Notes under the pieces: generated by a model | Told to the model about the DNA's origin: nothing | What the model saw: only the letters and a program-made list of their open reading frames with translations | Database searches by the model: none | Program-made: the position numbers and the translations under genes | In this document: positions 10,511 through 22,559 of the stretch, in pieces | How positions within the stretch are numbered: the stretch's first letter is position 1 | Layout: every line of letters starts with the position of its first letter | Assembly: GCA_964188305.1 (NCBI GenBank) | Contig: OZ076892.1 | Reading direction: 5' to 3' (one strand) | Source: Podarcis bocagei | Lineage: Eukaryota | Length of the DNA stretch: 64,000 bases

Positions 10511-11029
10511 AGGGAAAGTGGGACATTCCAGGATCAAATCAGAAACTCGGACGACTTCTGTAAATCCAGGAGTGTCCCTGGAAAATAGGGACACTTGGGA
10601 GGATCTGCCATCCATTGTTAAAATGGCGAAGAAAAAGGGGAGCTCACACTTCTGCTCGTTTGCTCAGGAGAGCAGGAATAAATCACTGCATCTCTCACTC
10701 TGGATCAATTAAAAACCCTAATTAATGTTCAGCGGCTATAACTAAACGACTCATTACTATGTGCATTAACTCGTTTTATTATCCATGTATGCCTCCTTGC
10801 GCTCACTGATATATTATAATAATATAATAAAATTATAGTAATATAATAAAAATCAAATTCCAGGCTTTCCCAGGACAAGCCTTTTGCACTGTGTGTGTCC
10901 GTCCCCCCCCCCGTAACTGTGCCCCCTTCCAGCTCAAACTTAACCCCCGGGTGAAAAGAATAAAGAAAAACCAGCTACGAGTCTCCCTTCTCAGCACCCA
11001 GCAGAAAGAGAGAGCTCTACGCAAAATGG

Positions 11030-11420
11030 GAAGATCAAGCAGCGCAGCCCCGCCCAATAGCTCTGCGCATGCGTTCCCCAGCGGCGGACTCCATTCCCCA
11101 GGAACCTCTGCGGCACTCCCGCCCTTGCCCCGCCTCTTTCCCCTGTTTCACACTTCCGGTGCGACCGCGTTGTCCCCGCGCGTGCGTTCGAGCGCTGCGC
11201 GGTTAGTGCTTCCGGCCCGAGAATTTGAAGCGCGTGTGTGGCGAAGTTTGCCTCTTGTCGGTTCCAGCCATGCGGCCCGGTAAGGGACGGGAGGGAAGAG
11301 TTGTGGGGAGGGTGCTTCTGCTTCGGGGGGTGCACGAAGCCGATGCGAGCTTGGCGGGGGAGGGGTGGAAGGAAGGGGAAAAGGAGCCCGCGGGCAGACA
11401 CGTGGCTGCTGGGATCGTCT
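11030..11420 (+). promoter_or_regulatory. FBL: FBL CpG-island promoter
   Basis: CpG-rich; GC boxes, CCAAT 11054-11058, NRF1-like TGCGCATGCG 11064-11073, pyrimidine initiator CCTCTTTCC ~11133-11141, ETS ACTTCCGG 11152-11159, E-box CACGTG 11399-11404 in intron 1. Confidence 0.8.
11270..11279 (+). CDS. FBL: Fibrillarin exon 1 coding part (MRP-G)
   Basis: gccATGCGGCCCG|gtaag; 10 coding nt, as in human MKPG; joins exon 2 in frame to give MRPGFSPRGG. Confidence 0.9.
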
Positions 11421-11811
11421 GGTGGTTGATTTGTTCTTCTGTTTGTTATTTAAAGTCATTATGCGGTGGTTGCTGCTGCTGCTGTTTGCCCTGCTCCTTA
11501 GCTGACAAAGTCTCTTCGAGCGGTTTACTATAGAGATCGGTGGTTCCTACTTTTAGGCTTACGATCTGAAAAGGAGGACGCGAGGAGCAAGCTCAGGGCA
11601 CAGATTCTTAAAAATTAAAGAGCCTAAGGAGAGCCTTCTGGATCGGGAGTCCAGGACTGGTCCAGGGTCCTGTTTCCACAGCGGCCTAGCAGATGCCTGA
11701 ACCAGGCCTTACAACGGCCAGCTGGGTCACCTGTTGAAATAACCGTCACCGGTTGAGAGTTTCCCAAAGGCAGTTGATTTCTCGGCAAAAGTTAGCACTG
11801 TTTGCATACTC

Positions 11812-12064
11812 TACAGTGGTACCTCAGGTTACATATGCTTCAGGTTACTGTAGTCTGTAACATCCGGTTACAGACTCCGCTAACCCAGAAATAGTGCTTC
11901 AGGTTAAGAACTTTGCTTCAGGATGAGAACAGAAATCGTGCTCCGGCGGCACAGCAGCAGCAGGAGGCCCCATTAGCTAAAGTGGTGCTTCAGGTTAAGA
12001 ACAGTTTCAGGTTAAGAACGGCCCTCCGGATCGAATTAAGTACTTAACCAGAGGTACCACTGTA
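11812..12064 (+). mobile_element. Tc1/mariner-type MITE, family A (FBL intron 1)
   Basis: Same TIRs and TA TSD as the other copies. Confidence 0.85.
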
Positions 12065-12179
12065 CTTTTATTTTCACTCTGCAACCTTATGGGACTGCAG
12101 CCGTTAGGTCTCAGTTAAGGGGTGGGGAGAGTAAGGTTTCATCTCGTTTCTCTGACTTGTGTGCCCTACTCCTCTGCAG

Positions 12180-12278
12180 GTTTTAGCCCCCGTGGAGGAC
12201 GTGGGGGGCGTGGTGGGTTTGGAGATCGTGGTGGGTTTGGAGATCGTGGGGGACGCGGAGGATTCCGAGGAGGGCGAG
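12180..12278 (+). CDS. FBL: Fibrillarin exon 2 (GAR/RGG domain)
   Basis: ctgcag|GT TTT AGC CCC...CGA G|gtgag; GFSPRGGRGGRGGFGDRGGFGDRGGRGGFRGGR. Confidence 0.95.
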
Positions 12279-12822
12279 GTGAGTTATCTCTTTCTTCCCC
12301 CATTTGTACATTAGCTGTAAGCGTTTGTTGCCACCCTACAGATAGGACACTCAGATCTGCAGTGGGGCGTGCTGGGGAGAAATCAAGGTATTTAACCACA
12401 CAGTTGTGGTGGCTTGTCTCTCCTCTTGGTGGTTTAGTCAAAGGGTGGTCCAGGTGCCTTGGCCAGGTAGCAGCCATGTGTGTTTCCCTTTCTGGGTGGG
12501 AATGAGGTCTAGCCAGTTTGGGCCTGGGCACATCAGAAACATAACAGCCAAGCAGCTTAAAGCCTTCCTTCCAAACTTGCAGGTGGAGAGAGGGCAGCTT
12601 CCAAGACAATCCCTGGTCTCCTGTGGAGCTCCAGGGTTGGGAGGAAGACTGAGCCCGCTAAAGGGCTTTGACAAACCCATTTTAGCATCAAGGACTGGTC
12701 CCCAAAACCCATTCCTTGGTAATTAAGCTGAGACTAATAATCAAGGTCTGACACCAACTTTGCAAAGTACATTGCCCCCACTCCTCCTGTCCAAACATTC
12801 TGGGTCAGGAGACCTTATTAGA

Positions 12823-14076
12823 TACAGTGGTACCCCGCAAGACGAATGCCTCGCAAGACGGAAAACCCGCAAGACGAAAGGGTTTTCTGTTTTGGAGGCG
12901 CTTCGCAAGACGAATTTCCCTATGGGCTTGCATCGCAAGACGAAAGCCCATAGGGAAATGCTGGCGGTCGGGAGCAAAGACTTTCGCCCACAGCCGGCCT
13001 TCAGAAGAGGACCTCTTCTGAAGGCCGGCGGGGGGCAAAAGTCTTTGCTCCCCCCCCCGCCTGCCTTCCCCCCGCCTGCCCCGGCGATCTTAAAATGCTG
13101 GTGGGCGGGAGCGAAGCGTTCGCTGGCGACCCCCAGCATTTTAAAATCTCCCCGTGTCCTGGGGAGATCTTAAAATGCTGGGGGTCGGGAGCGTTCGCTG
13201 CCTACCCCCAGCATTTTAAAACGCTGTTCCGAAGCGGGGAGGGGGGGCGGGAACATCTGCCCCATCCGCCCCACTTCGGAACGCTGTTCCGAAGTGGGGA
13301 GGGGGGGCGGGAACATCTGCCCCATCCGCCCCACTTCGGAACGGTGTTCCGAAGGGGGGAGGGGGGGCGGGAACAGCTGCCCCATCCGCCCCACTTCGGA
13401 ACGCTGTTCCGAAGGGGGGAGGGGGGGCGGGAACAGCTGCCCCATCCGTCCCACTTCGGAACGCTGTTCCGAAGTGGGGAGGGGGGGCGGGAACAGCTGC
13501 CCCATCCGCCCCACTTCGGAACGCTGTTCCGAAGGGGGGAGGGGGGGCGGGAACAGCTGCCCCATCCGCCCCACTTCGGAACGCTGTTCCGAAGTGGGGA
13601 GGGGGGCGGGAACAGCTGCCCCATCCGCCCCACTTCGGAACGCTGTTCCGAAGTGGGGCGGGGGCGGGAACACCTTCTGAAGGCGGGCAGGGGGCGAAAG
13701 TCTTTGTCCCCCCTGCCTGCCTTCCCAGGGGCTTTTAAATCGCCCCGGACAGCGGAGAAGTCCTCCGCTGTCCGGGGCGATTTTAAAATGCCGCCCGCCA
13801 GCATTTTAAGATCGCCCCGGACAGCGGAGGACTCCGCTGTCCCAGGGTTTTTTAAAATGCTGGGGGTGGGAAGAAAAGCCCTTGCCCCCCCCCAGCCTTC
13901 AGAAGAGGTCCGGGGACAGACTGTCCCCGGACCTGGTCTGAAGTCGGTTTCCCTAGGAACGCATTAATTGATTTTCAATGCATTCCTATGGGAAACCGTG
14001 CATCGCAAGACGAAAAAACCGCAAGACGAAGAGACTTGCGGAACGAATTAATTTCGTCTTGCGAGGCACCACTGTA
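12823..14076. mobile_element. Tc1/mariner-type MITE, family B, long form with internal minisatellite (FBL intron 2)
   Basis: TA-CAGTGGTACCCCGCAAGACGAA ... TTCGTCTTGCGAGGCACCACTG-TA; termini shared with the 308-bp copy at 18933-19240. Confidence 0.85.
13221..13671. repeat. 60-bp G-rich palindromic minisatellite, ~7.5 units
   Basis: Unit acgctgttccgaag(t/g/c)ggggagggggggcgggaacagctgccccatccgccccacttcgga; the units line up in register with the 60-nt sequence lines. Confidence 0.95.
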
Positions 14077-15474
14077 TCCCTAAGATTCTTGAGAAGCAAG
14101 AGCTAAAAACAAGGCACCGCACTCCTTGAGTCTGAAGTCACCAACTTAGTAGTAAAAGACCAAGAAGTTAGGAACTGGATTGAGTACAAAGAAGACAGAC
14201 ATCAATTTTTAATGCTGAAGATTTATTAAGAAATCAAAAAATAAAATAAAGGATAAAATGTGGAACTCCTGTAGCTCCATTTTAAAACAGCTGCACTAGT
14301 TGCCAATTTGTTTCCAAGACCTGATTAATGTTTAAAGCCTTAAACAACTTAGGTGCCAAATACCTGAAAGACCATCTTCATCCCTGCCAGTCTTCTTGGG
14401 CATAAAGATATGCAAAGGCATCTCCCTTGATAGTTTGGTGGAACCCTCAGAATTGTATAGAAAGGCAGCCCTGGAGAGGGTTTTCTCTGTGACATTCTGA
14501 AAAACGTGGAGCTCCATGTGTTGCTGGACTACAACTCCCATCAGTCCCAGTCAGTCAGGGTGATGGGAGCTGGAGGGCCATAGGTTGCAAGCCCCTGACC
14601 TAAATTGTGAACTGTAAACTGCCCTACGATCTTTGGATGAAAGGAGGTATATAAATTTTAACAACAACAACTCGCCACAGAGGTATGTGTAGCATATTCA
14701 TTGCACAGCTTTTGTTGTACACTGAAGGCACATCTCTTAATCCCAGCCTTGGGCGGTTAAGGTGTTTTTGTTTCATGGCACTTGCCTCTTTTTCTGAATT
14801 TATACTGTCCTGCCTCATTTGGAATAGTTTTACTTCTCCTATACCTGTAATGGTTTTTGTTTGCTTTTATAATGGTATATTACTGTATCCCTCCCTGAGA
14901 CCTTATGGGTGAAGGGTGATAAGATATCAAAATCATACAAATAAAACCACAGTATTTAATCTTTGATGCAGAAAGATTTCTGCTTTCCATTATGCCCTTT
15001 AGGAGTTGCAACAGTTAAAAACAGAAGCAAACTTAAGTGAAGGAAACTAGAGATTTACTAAAATTACATTGGACTTACACTGAACTGTCACAACTCTCAT
15101 TCTTGTTGTATTTGTTGAAGGAGCTAACTAGTTTTATTTATAGCTTAACTCATTGCTGTTCTCTTATTTGTTTTGCTTGTTCAATAAATCTTTTTTTAAG
15201 TAGGGAGAGAGAAAATAAAGCTTACTTCACCTTTCAGTTACATTGTAACTAATGGGCTGGATGATAACCCAGGGGCTCCTAGCTGGAAACGGTGCATTTA
15301 ATGGAGCATAATTAGAAGGAAATCATGGTGCTGTCAGGGAAATATAGTTGGGATAATAGATGCAGCTGGAGTGGGTGGGATTATATAGACATGTTGAGGC
15401 TTTGGGTTTGTGGTAACTGTTGCTTCTGAATTGCTCATACCCCATTCCTTCTTTCTCTCTTTTTTCACCTGTAG

Positions 15475-15654
15475 GAGGTGGGTTTAAGTCCCCTGGTGGT
15501 GGTGAAGGAGGCTTCCGAGGCGGTCGTGGTGGCGGTGGCTTCCGAGGCGGCCGAGGTGGTGGTTTCCGTGGCGGCCGAGGAGGAGGTGGCCGAGGAGGAC
15601 GGGGTGGCTTCAGAGGAGGGAAAAAGGTTACAGTAGAGCCCCACAGACATGAAG
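15475..15654 (+). CDS. FBL: Fibrillarin exon 3 (GAR domain end, start of core)
   Basis: ctgtag|GA GGT GGG TTT AAG TCC CCT...KKVTVEPHRHE G|gtgag. Confidence 0.95.
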
Positions 15655-16968
15655 GTGAGACTTGTTCATCCTGTCATATAAGAAGATAATTAAACTTTAT
15701 GCAAGAACATTACTTTTACTGCAGTAGACCCAGTGAATGAGGAACCGCCTCCCAGAGCATTGTGGGAGAGGCATTCTTTCTTTGTTTGATATAGGGCAAG
15801 GTAAAAGACTGTTACGTTCTAAGCCTCTTCAGAAGGCTAGCTATCCCTTCCTGTTAACTGTAGCCAAAAGCTATCATGGGAACAGCCCCCGTGGCTTCTC
15901 TGATAATTGTTGTTGAGCTTCTACTCACTCTAAAATATTGATTGCCTGGAAAACACCCACACCCACATATCCATGACTTTGTTTAATGCTAGAAAGCAAA
16001 TATTTATAGTCGGTTTGCATTCCTTTCCTACAACCCTCCATGTATGAGCACAAATATTTTTTTAAACACTCCTCTTCTGACATGCAGTCCTACTTCTGGC
16101 ATCCCATACTGCTTTATTAGCCTGAAGTCCTGCTGCATGTGGATGGGAGCTACCTGACCAAAGGGAAAACTGGAGTTAGATGCCAACATCCCAATAGCCC
16201 CTGCCCCAAAATATCATATATACTCTAGGCATGCTTGTTAACTTTGAAGCTGTTTTTTAAGGGAAAGTGAGGAAAGCTAAAAGCAGCAGAAATGGTAGTT
16301 GCAGAAGCTGAAAACGTAAGAACCTGCTGCATCAGGCCAATGGTCCCATGTAGTCTAGCATCCTATTCTCACAGTGGCCAACCAGATGCCCGTGGGAAAC
16401 CTGGAGAGCAGAACATGAGCATAAGAAAGAATTCTCACCTCCCGTGATTTCCAGCAACTGGTATTTGGAAGCATTACTTCCTCCAGCTGTGGAGGTACAG
16501 CAGAGGCATCCATGAATTTGTCTAATCCTTTTTTTTAAAAGCTATCTAGGTTGGTGGCCATTACTGCCTCCTGGGGGAGCAGTTCCACAATTGTAACTGT
16601 GCTGTGTGAAAAAGTACGGGCAGCTCCCCATCTACATGTGATCTGTTTCCGCACGTAATACATGTCCATATATCCTAACGGTATTCTAAATGTTTTTGAT
16701 TTTTGTAAGAAGGCTAGCTGAGGGTGAAATGAGGTTATGGGGACAGAGTCCCATTCACTGTAAAGGACCAGCCACCACGGCTTAGCAGCTGCCTAGATTG
16801 AGCTCATGGGAGAGAAAGGCAAGAGTGGAAACAGTTTTTGCTGAATAATAATATTTGTATCCTTGCCCACCTGAGCTTGCCCCAGTCTCCCAATATTTAA
16901 ATCTTGCTCGCCTGAAGCATGTCTCCAATGTGAACAGATCTAAGTTCCGGTCTGTCTTGCCTCCTCAG

Positions 16969-17063
16969 GTGTCTTCATCTGCCGGGGGAAGGAAGATGCG
17001 CTAGTCACACGGAACATGGTGCCTGGCGAGTCTGTGTATGGAGAGAAGAGGATTTCTGTGGAG
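16969..17063 (+). CDS. FBL: Fibrillarin exon 4
   Basis: [32 protein letters not shown] with ag/gt boundaries. Confidence 0.95.
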
Positions 17064-17230
17064 GTGGGTGATGGATGACGCTCCATGGGTGCATGGTTGT
17101 GGGGAGAGGGAATTGCTGGCAAATGCAGGAAGGGGGAGCACGTTCCAAGGATGGGGACCCCTCTTGGTCTGCAGACGCCTTGGTTGGAAAGTCTCTCTCA
17201 ATCCAGCATGCCTTATCCTCCCCTCTTCAG

Positions 17231-17401
17231 GACGGTGAACTGAAGGTGGAGTACCGCGCCTGGAATCCCTTCCGCTCCAAACTGGCTGCTGCCATCCTTG
17301 GAGGCATTGACCAGATCCATATCAAGCCTGGTGCCAAAGTGCTGTACCTAGGAGCCGCATCAGGAACAACAGTGTCTCATGTCTCTGACATAGTTGGACC
17401 G
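17231..17401 (+). CDS. FBL: Fibrillarin exon 5 (SAM-binding motif)
   Basis: [57 protein letters not shown]|gtaag. Confidence 0.97.
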
Positions 17402-17566
17402 GTAAGGAGACGCTTTGGGGGACCTGAGACTGCGGGTGTACCTTAAACTGCTGCCAGGTATTGCTGTTTGTACAGATAAAGCTGTACAGTCTTAAGCTAG
17501 TGAGTTGCAACAGGGGTGCTGCAGAAAACATCTTCTTGAGTAGTTCCCACAGCTTGCAAATATCAA

Positions 17567-17829
17567 TACAGTGGTACCTCGGGTTACATACGCTTCAGGT
17601 TACATACGCTTCAGGTTACATACGCTTCAGGTTACAGACTCCGCTAACCCAAGAAATAGTACCTCGGGTTAAGAACTTTGCTTCAGGATGAGAACAGAAA
17701 TCGTGCAGTGGTGGCACGGAGGCAGCAGGAGGCCCCATTACCTAAAGTGGTGCTTCAGATTAAGAACAGTTTCAGGTTAAGAACAGACCTCTGGAACAAA
17801 TTAAGTACTTAACCCGAGGTACCACTGTA
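17567..17829 (+). mobile_element. Tc1/mariner-type MITE, family A (FBL intron 5)
   Basis: Same TIRs; three copies of the internal 16-bp ggttacatacgcttca repeat. Confidence 0.85.
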
Positions 17830-18932
17830 CTATGCTCTTTCCTTGACCTCGGGCTATGACTCTGAATGAGATCAAGAGACCTAATCCCCAGCTCCAAACT
17901 TGGGACAGGGGGGGGGGAGTGTAGGGACAGGAATCATCACTGGAGGTTGTCTTAATACTAAGTCAGGCGACTGGTCCATTCAGAGTAGCATTGTCTACAC
18001 TTCTCTCCAGGGTTTCCAACCAGGGACATCCCGTTTTGAGATGCTGGGGGTTGAACCTGAGATCTTGTAGATGCACTGCCCCCAAGCTGTGGCTTCCACC
18101 CCCACATTTTCCCCATGGTACTTGAGTGCTTTGGCAACCCAGCACTCAGCTCTTTTCTCCAGAGCTGAAAGAGAAGACTGCAGCTTTCTTTTGGTGCCTA
18201 GCAGGCAGGCTGTCCAGTGCTTCCATGCTGTAAGTGTGAAGTGACCAGCCCTGAGGTTAGGAATCTTCCCTTGGCCAGCACTTCTGGAGACAGCATAATT
18301 GCAGGGATTATCCCTTCCTGCTTCCAGGTGTTGTTCAAGGTGGTAAAAGCAAAAAAAAAAAAATGATTGCATGGGTTGGCAAATGTGGTTCAGTGTGAGC
18401 AGGTGTAAAGTGATACATATTGTGGAATAACCTTAATTTTACATATATGCTAATAGGTATCTAAATTGCCAGTGACTGACCAGGAAGGGCATCTTGATGT
18501 AGTGGTGAATAGGTCAGTGAAGGTGTTGACCTGGTGTGTGGCAGCTATGCAAAAAGGCAAATTACATTAGAGAAGAGTGAAAATAAATTTGCCAGTATCT
18601 TAATATTGTTATGTGAATCTGTGTTGCAGCTGCACTTGGAATACTGTGTGCATTTCTGTTCTCTGTGGAAAATATTGTATAGCTGGAAAAATGTCATGGG
18701 GGAAAATTGGGGTCCGAAAGCTAACTTATTTTGTAACAAACAAATACAGTTGTACACGAAATAATTGTAAGTAGTTGAATGACAATGAAAAACAGTGTTG
18801 ATCCAGAGCAAAAGAATCCAAACACAGTGTATATTAAGAAATACTCAAATTGTGCATAGCTATAACTCACAAATTAACAAAGAACCCAAACACTTCTTGA
18901 CCTTAGTCTTCTTCAGTGGTTTCTGTACCATG

Positions 18933-19240
18933 TACAGTGGTGCCCCGCAAGACGAATGCCTCGCAAGACGGAAAACTCGCTAGACGAAAGGGTTTTCCGT
19001 TTTTGAGCTGCTTCGCAAGATGAATTTCCCTATGGGCTTGCTCCGCAAGACGAAAACGTCTTGCGAGTGTTCCGATTTTTTTCCGCTTTCCCCCCCTTTT
19101 GCTAAGCCGCTAATAGCCTTTTAGCCACTAAACCGCTAATAGTGCTAAGCCGCTAATAGGGTTGCTTCGCAAGACGAAAAAACCGCTAGACGAAGAGACT
19201 TGCGGAACGGATTATTTTCGTCTTGCTAGGCACCACTGTA
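18933..19240. mobile_element. Tc1/mariner-type MITE, family B, short form
   Basis: TA-CAGTGGTGCCCCGCAAGACGAA ... TTCGTCTTGCTAGGCACCACTG-TA; internal gccgctaa repeats. Confidence 0.85.
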
Positions 19241-19293
19241 CTTAAAAACTGTTTGGCATAAAAGCAAATATGAGTCTGCAAAACAATGAAACA

Positions 19294-19296
<3 letters not shown>

Positions 19297-19329
<33 letters not shown>
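19297..19329. repeat. (CA)n microsatellite
   Basis: About 16 CA units. Confidence 0.9.
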
Positions 19330-19332
<3 letters not shown>

Positions 19333-19686
19333 AGACAATCACAATCAAAAGTACTGTAACTCCACCTTTAATTTAAATGCTATTTTTATAAAAAACTTAT
19401 TGGCCACTGCAAGAACAGAATGATGGCCTTTGATCTAATTAGCAAAATGGCCCTTATGTCTGGGGCTCCTCTAGCCATCCTTGCCCAATGAATAGTAGAT
19501 TGTTGCTGAAGGTGATAAGTGGAACTGGTGAGTGCTGCTCTTTAGACTATTTCTAGCTATTTTATCAAAGATGATCACTCAGGGCTTCAGCAGTGGCACC
19601 GGGCGATGTTCTTCATGAACGCTTTTTCCTGTTCTGGGCCGTGGACAAGGCACTGACTCCCTTGCTTCCTGCTTCTTACCCAACAG

Positions 19687-19819
19687 GAGGGCCTTGTGTA
19701 TGCTGTGGAGTTCTCCCATCGCTCGGGTCGCGACCTCATCAATGTGGCAAAGAAACGGACCAACATTATCCCCGTAATAGAGGATGCACGGCACCCACAC
19801 AAATACCGCATGTTGCTTG
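19687..19819 (+). CDS. FBL: Fibrillarin exon 6
   Basis: [45 protein letters not shown]|gtaag. Confidence 0.97.
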
Positions 19820-19871
19820 GTAAGATGCCTGTGAAGCCTTAACGCCTGAGCAAATAAGCCTTCCTTTCATG

Positions 19872-20009
19872 CAGCGGTTCTCAACCTTTGGGTCCCCAGA
19901 TATCGTTGGACTACAACTCCCATCATCCCTGAGCTCTGGCCTTGCTAGCTAGGGGTGATGGGAGTTGTAGTTGAACAACATCTGGGGACCCACAGGTTGA
20001 GAAAGGCTG
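19872..20009. mobile_element. Palindromic hAT-type MITE related to 2069-2204
   Basis: Arms ttctcaacct..gggtccccagat / atctggggaccc..aggttgagaa; shared core ggactacaactcccatcatccctga. Confidence 0.7.
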
Positions 20010-21690
20010 CTTCATGTATGTTGGTTGAGCTGGACATCTCTTAGAGGAGCACCCTTTCTCGTCTGTCTTCTGTTTCCCCCACCCACTGGGCGAAAGCAGC
20101 TGCCCATGGATTGGAAGACCCTAGTAACATTAATACTTGCATTATGCCAAGCCCAACTGTCTCTGTGTTGTCTACAGACAAGCAGTGAGTCTCCAAGGAT
20201 TCAGGCAAAGGTCTTTCCCAGCCTTAGATGCTGGGGACAGAGCCTGGGAACTTCTGCAAGCAAGCCATGTACCAGGTGTGGGGAAATTTTGTTTGCTGGG
20301 GCTGGTGGTGGTCCCCATACCTAGCATATGATCTACCACCGAGAAACATCCATTTTTGTTTATTTTGTTTATTAGGAACTGGCTGGCTGCTAGTAACTGA
20401 TGCTGGGGCTTGTACAAAATAAGTGTCTTGGGTGTTCTTCACTTCTAAACCATTGACAGGGAAGGTTCCTAACAGTTTTGTTAGTTTGATCTCAGAAAAA
20501 AGTCTGAGCTGTTCCCCTAAATCAGTGGTTCCCAATTAGGGGTCCACAGCCCCATCCCCTGCCTCTCCCCCCAAAAAACTAAATTTTCGTCATTTTTGCA
20601 TGGTAATATCACAGATTTTATGGTCTGCTGTGCCAGTATCAATATATTGGCCAAAATCAGTTTTGAAATCACCCCCACGCCTGATCTGCACAAACCCCAC
20701 CTGCCTGATCTCCGCAGCTGCTCCTTCCCTCATTTCTGTGCCTGATCTCCCATTTCTGACATTGTGATATATCAGAATATTGTGATGTTTAGCTGTTGAT
20801 ATATCACGATGCGGAAAACCAGATATCGCTCAGCCCTAGTCTGTTTTTAATATAGCTAAAATCCTTTGCTTATTAGGGGCTACCCCACATTTTGTTCAGA
20901 AAATTGCTTTGCAGAGGTAACTACCATAAAGTTATCAAAAGTAAGGGGTCTGTAGCTTGGCTTTTGAAAAATAAGTGATCCTCAGTAATTAGCTAACTGG
21001 GAACCGCTGTCCTAAATAAATGTGGGTAAAGTAGGTTAAATGAACACTGCTGCTGCCTCACTGCTGTTGATTTAATCACAAAAGTGCAGGGGCAGATCTT
21101 GACATTGTAGACTGGAAGTGGGAAACAGGGTTAGGGGGCCAAATCTGGAAGTCCCTCACCCCCTGTGGCCCACTTTGCTGGGTGGGTGGAGCCACCCACC
21201 TGTCAATCACCTGGTGCCATCATGACATCAGGGTAACTTGGCTTCAAAGGAAATAATTGGAAGCACAGCCTAAGTGTGCTCCCAGCCCTTCCTTGCAGCC
21301 CGGCTTGAGTTTAAGCCACAGCTGCAAAGGCAAAATGATATTTTGCATTGAAAAGTCCACCCTCGTTACATGTGGCACCTTTTTCTGTTGCCATGTATGG
21401 TGACAGGAAGAGGCACGAATATAAAAAGAACTGACTTCCTGATGCAAAGGAAGAATCAAGTGTGTACTCCTACTTCTTTGTCCTCTAAGCCATGGCTTGA
21501 AATTTGCTGTGGCCAAAGCAGACAGGCCTGGGAAAGGTGGGTGTGTTGAATTAAGCCAGGGGTCCTGTGTTAGTGCTCTAGGCTCTACTGTTTTTCTTTT
21601 GCCTGATGACCTTATTTCAAGTGAGGAAAGCGATAGGATTTGCAGGGCAACTTCCAGGCCCATTGTTCAATACGCCCCCTTGCTTTGCAG

Positions 21691-21803
21691 GCATGGTAGA
21701 TGTGATCTTCGCAGATGTGGCTCAGCCCGACCAGTCACGTATTGTGGCTTTAAACGCGCACAATTTCTTGAAGAATGGTGGCCATTTTGTCATCTCCATC
21801 AAG
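21691..21803 (+). CDS. FBL: Fibrillarin exon 7
   Basis: [38 protein letters not shown]|gtaat. Confidence 0.97.
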
Positions 21804-22559
21804 GTAATGTTTAGTGCGATTGTTATATTTTTTCACTGTATGACCTTCAGTGGGTCGTTTTCTTCGCCTTTGGCTGGAGAGTCAGCGGGGGCTAAGAGCT
21901 GGTTTCCGGTAGTCCATTGGAATTCCATCTCCCTCATCAAGACGACCAACCATTCTGGGGCAGGATTCATAAGTCTACACCTTCTTCTGGTCATGGCAGT
22001 TTGCTATCAGTTAAGACACTTATACAAACATAAAGAATTATGCCCAAACCTCGCTGGTTCAGATATCAAAAGAGCCTAGATCATGCCCGCTTCCTTTCTT
22101 GTGCTTTGCTGGTCAGTGGCAGCTATTTTCAGGCAGAAACCATGGAGAGTGTGGTGGGGCGAGCGAATGTATCAGAGTAAGAGAGATCAGACAAATCAAT
22201 TTTTCCTTTGTCTCTCTCCTGCTCGTTGGCTGCTGCCATTTTAGGACAAAATCACAATGGGCAGGGACCATTTCCCATGAAAGCTTTGTGGCCCTTTGTG
22301 GCCGTAAGCCGCACCTAAGTGTATAGAGATATGGCTGATATGCCTTCCACCCAACTGACAAATGTTATTCCTATTTGGACTGCTGGAGGTAATCTCTGGA
22401 GTTGTGTTGGAGAACCCCAGGACTGTTTTCTTAGAGGGGGGAGGCAACATTCATGCTAATGCTGCCTCAAGGTGTCCAGTAATTTGAGCAATCTGGAGGT
22501 GAGTGACCAGGTGGGCTGACAGCATGGTCTTTAGATGAGGGAGGTAAAGGTGCCCATTT

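Noticed and set aside
10833-11533. Several 100-136 aa ORFs around the FBL promoter
   Set aside because: CpG-island artefacts; only 11270-11279 is coding.
13221-13671. CRISPR-like array of palindromic repeats
   Set aside because: No unique spacers (units are near-identical throughout), eukaryotic intron, no cas genes.
13095-13967. 290-aa ORF and overlapping antisense ORFs with repeated HPPHFGTLFR units
   Set aside because: By-product of a stop-free 60-bp minisatellite inside a MITE; frames are open on both strands and there is no gene context.
21604-21690. TGATGA C-box-like motif in FBL intron 6
   Set aside because: No downstream CTGA before the acceptor and too close to the 3' splice site.
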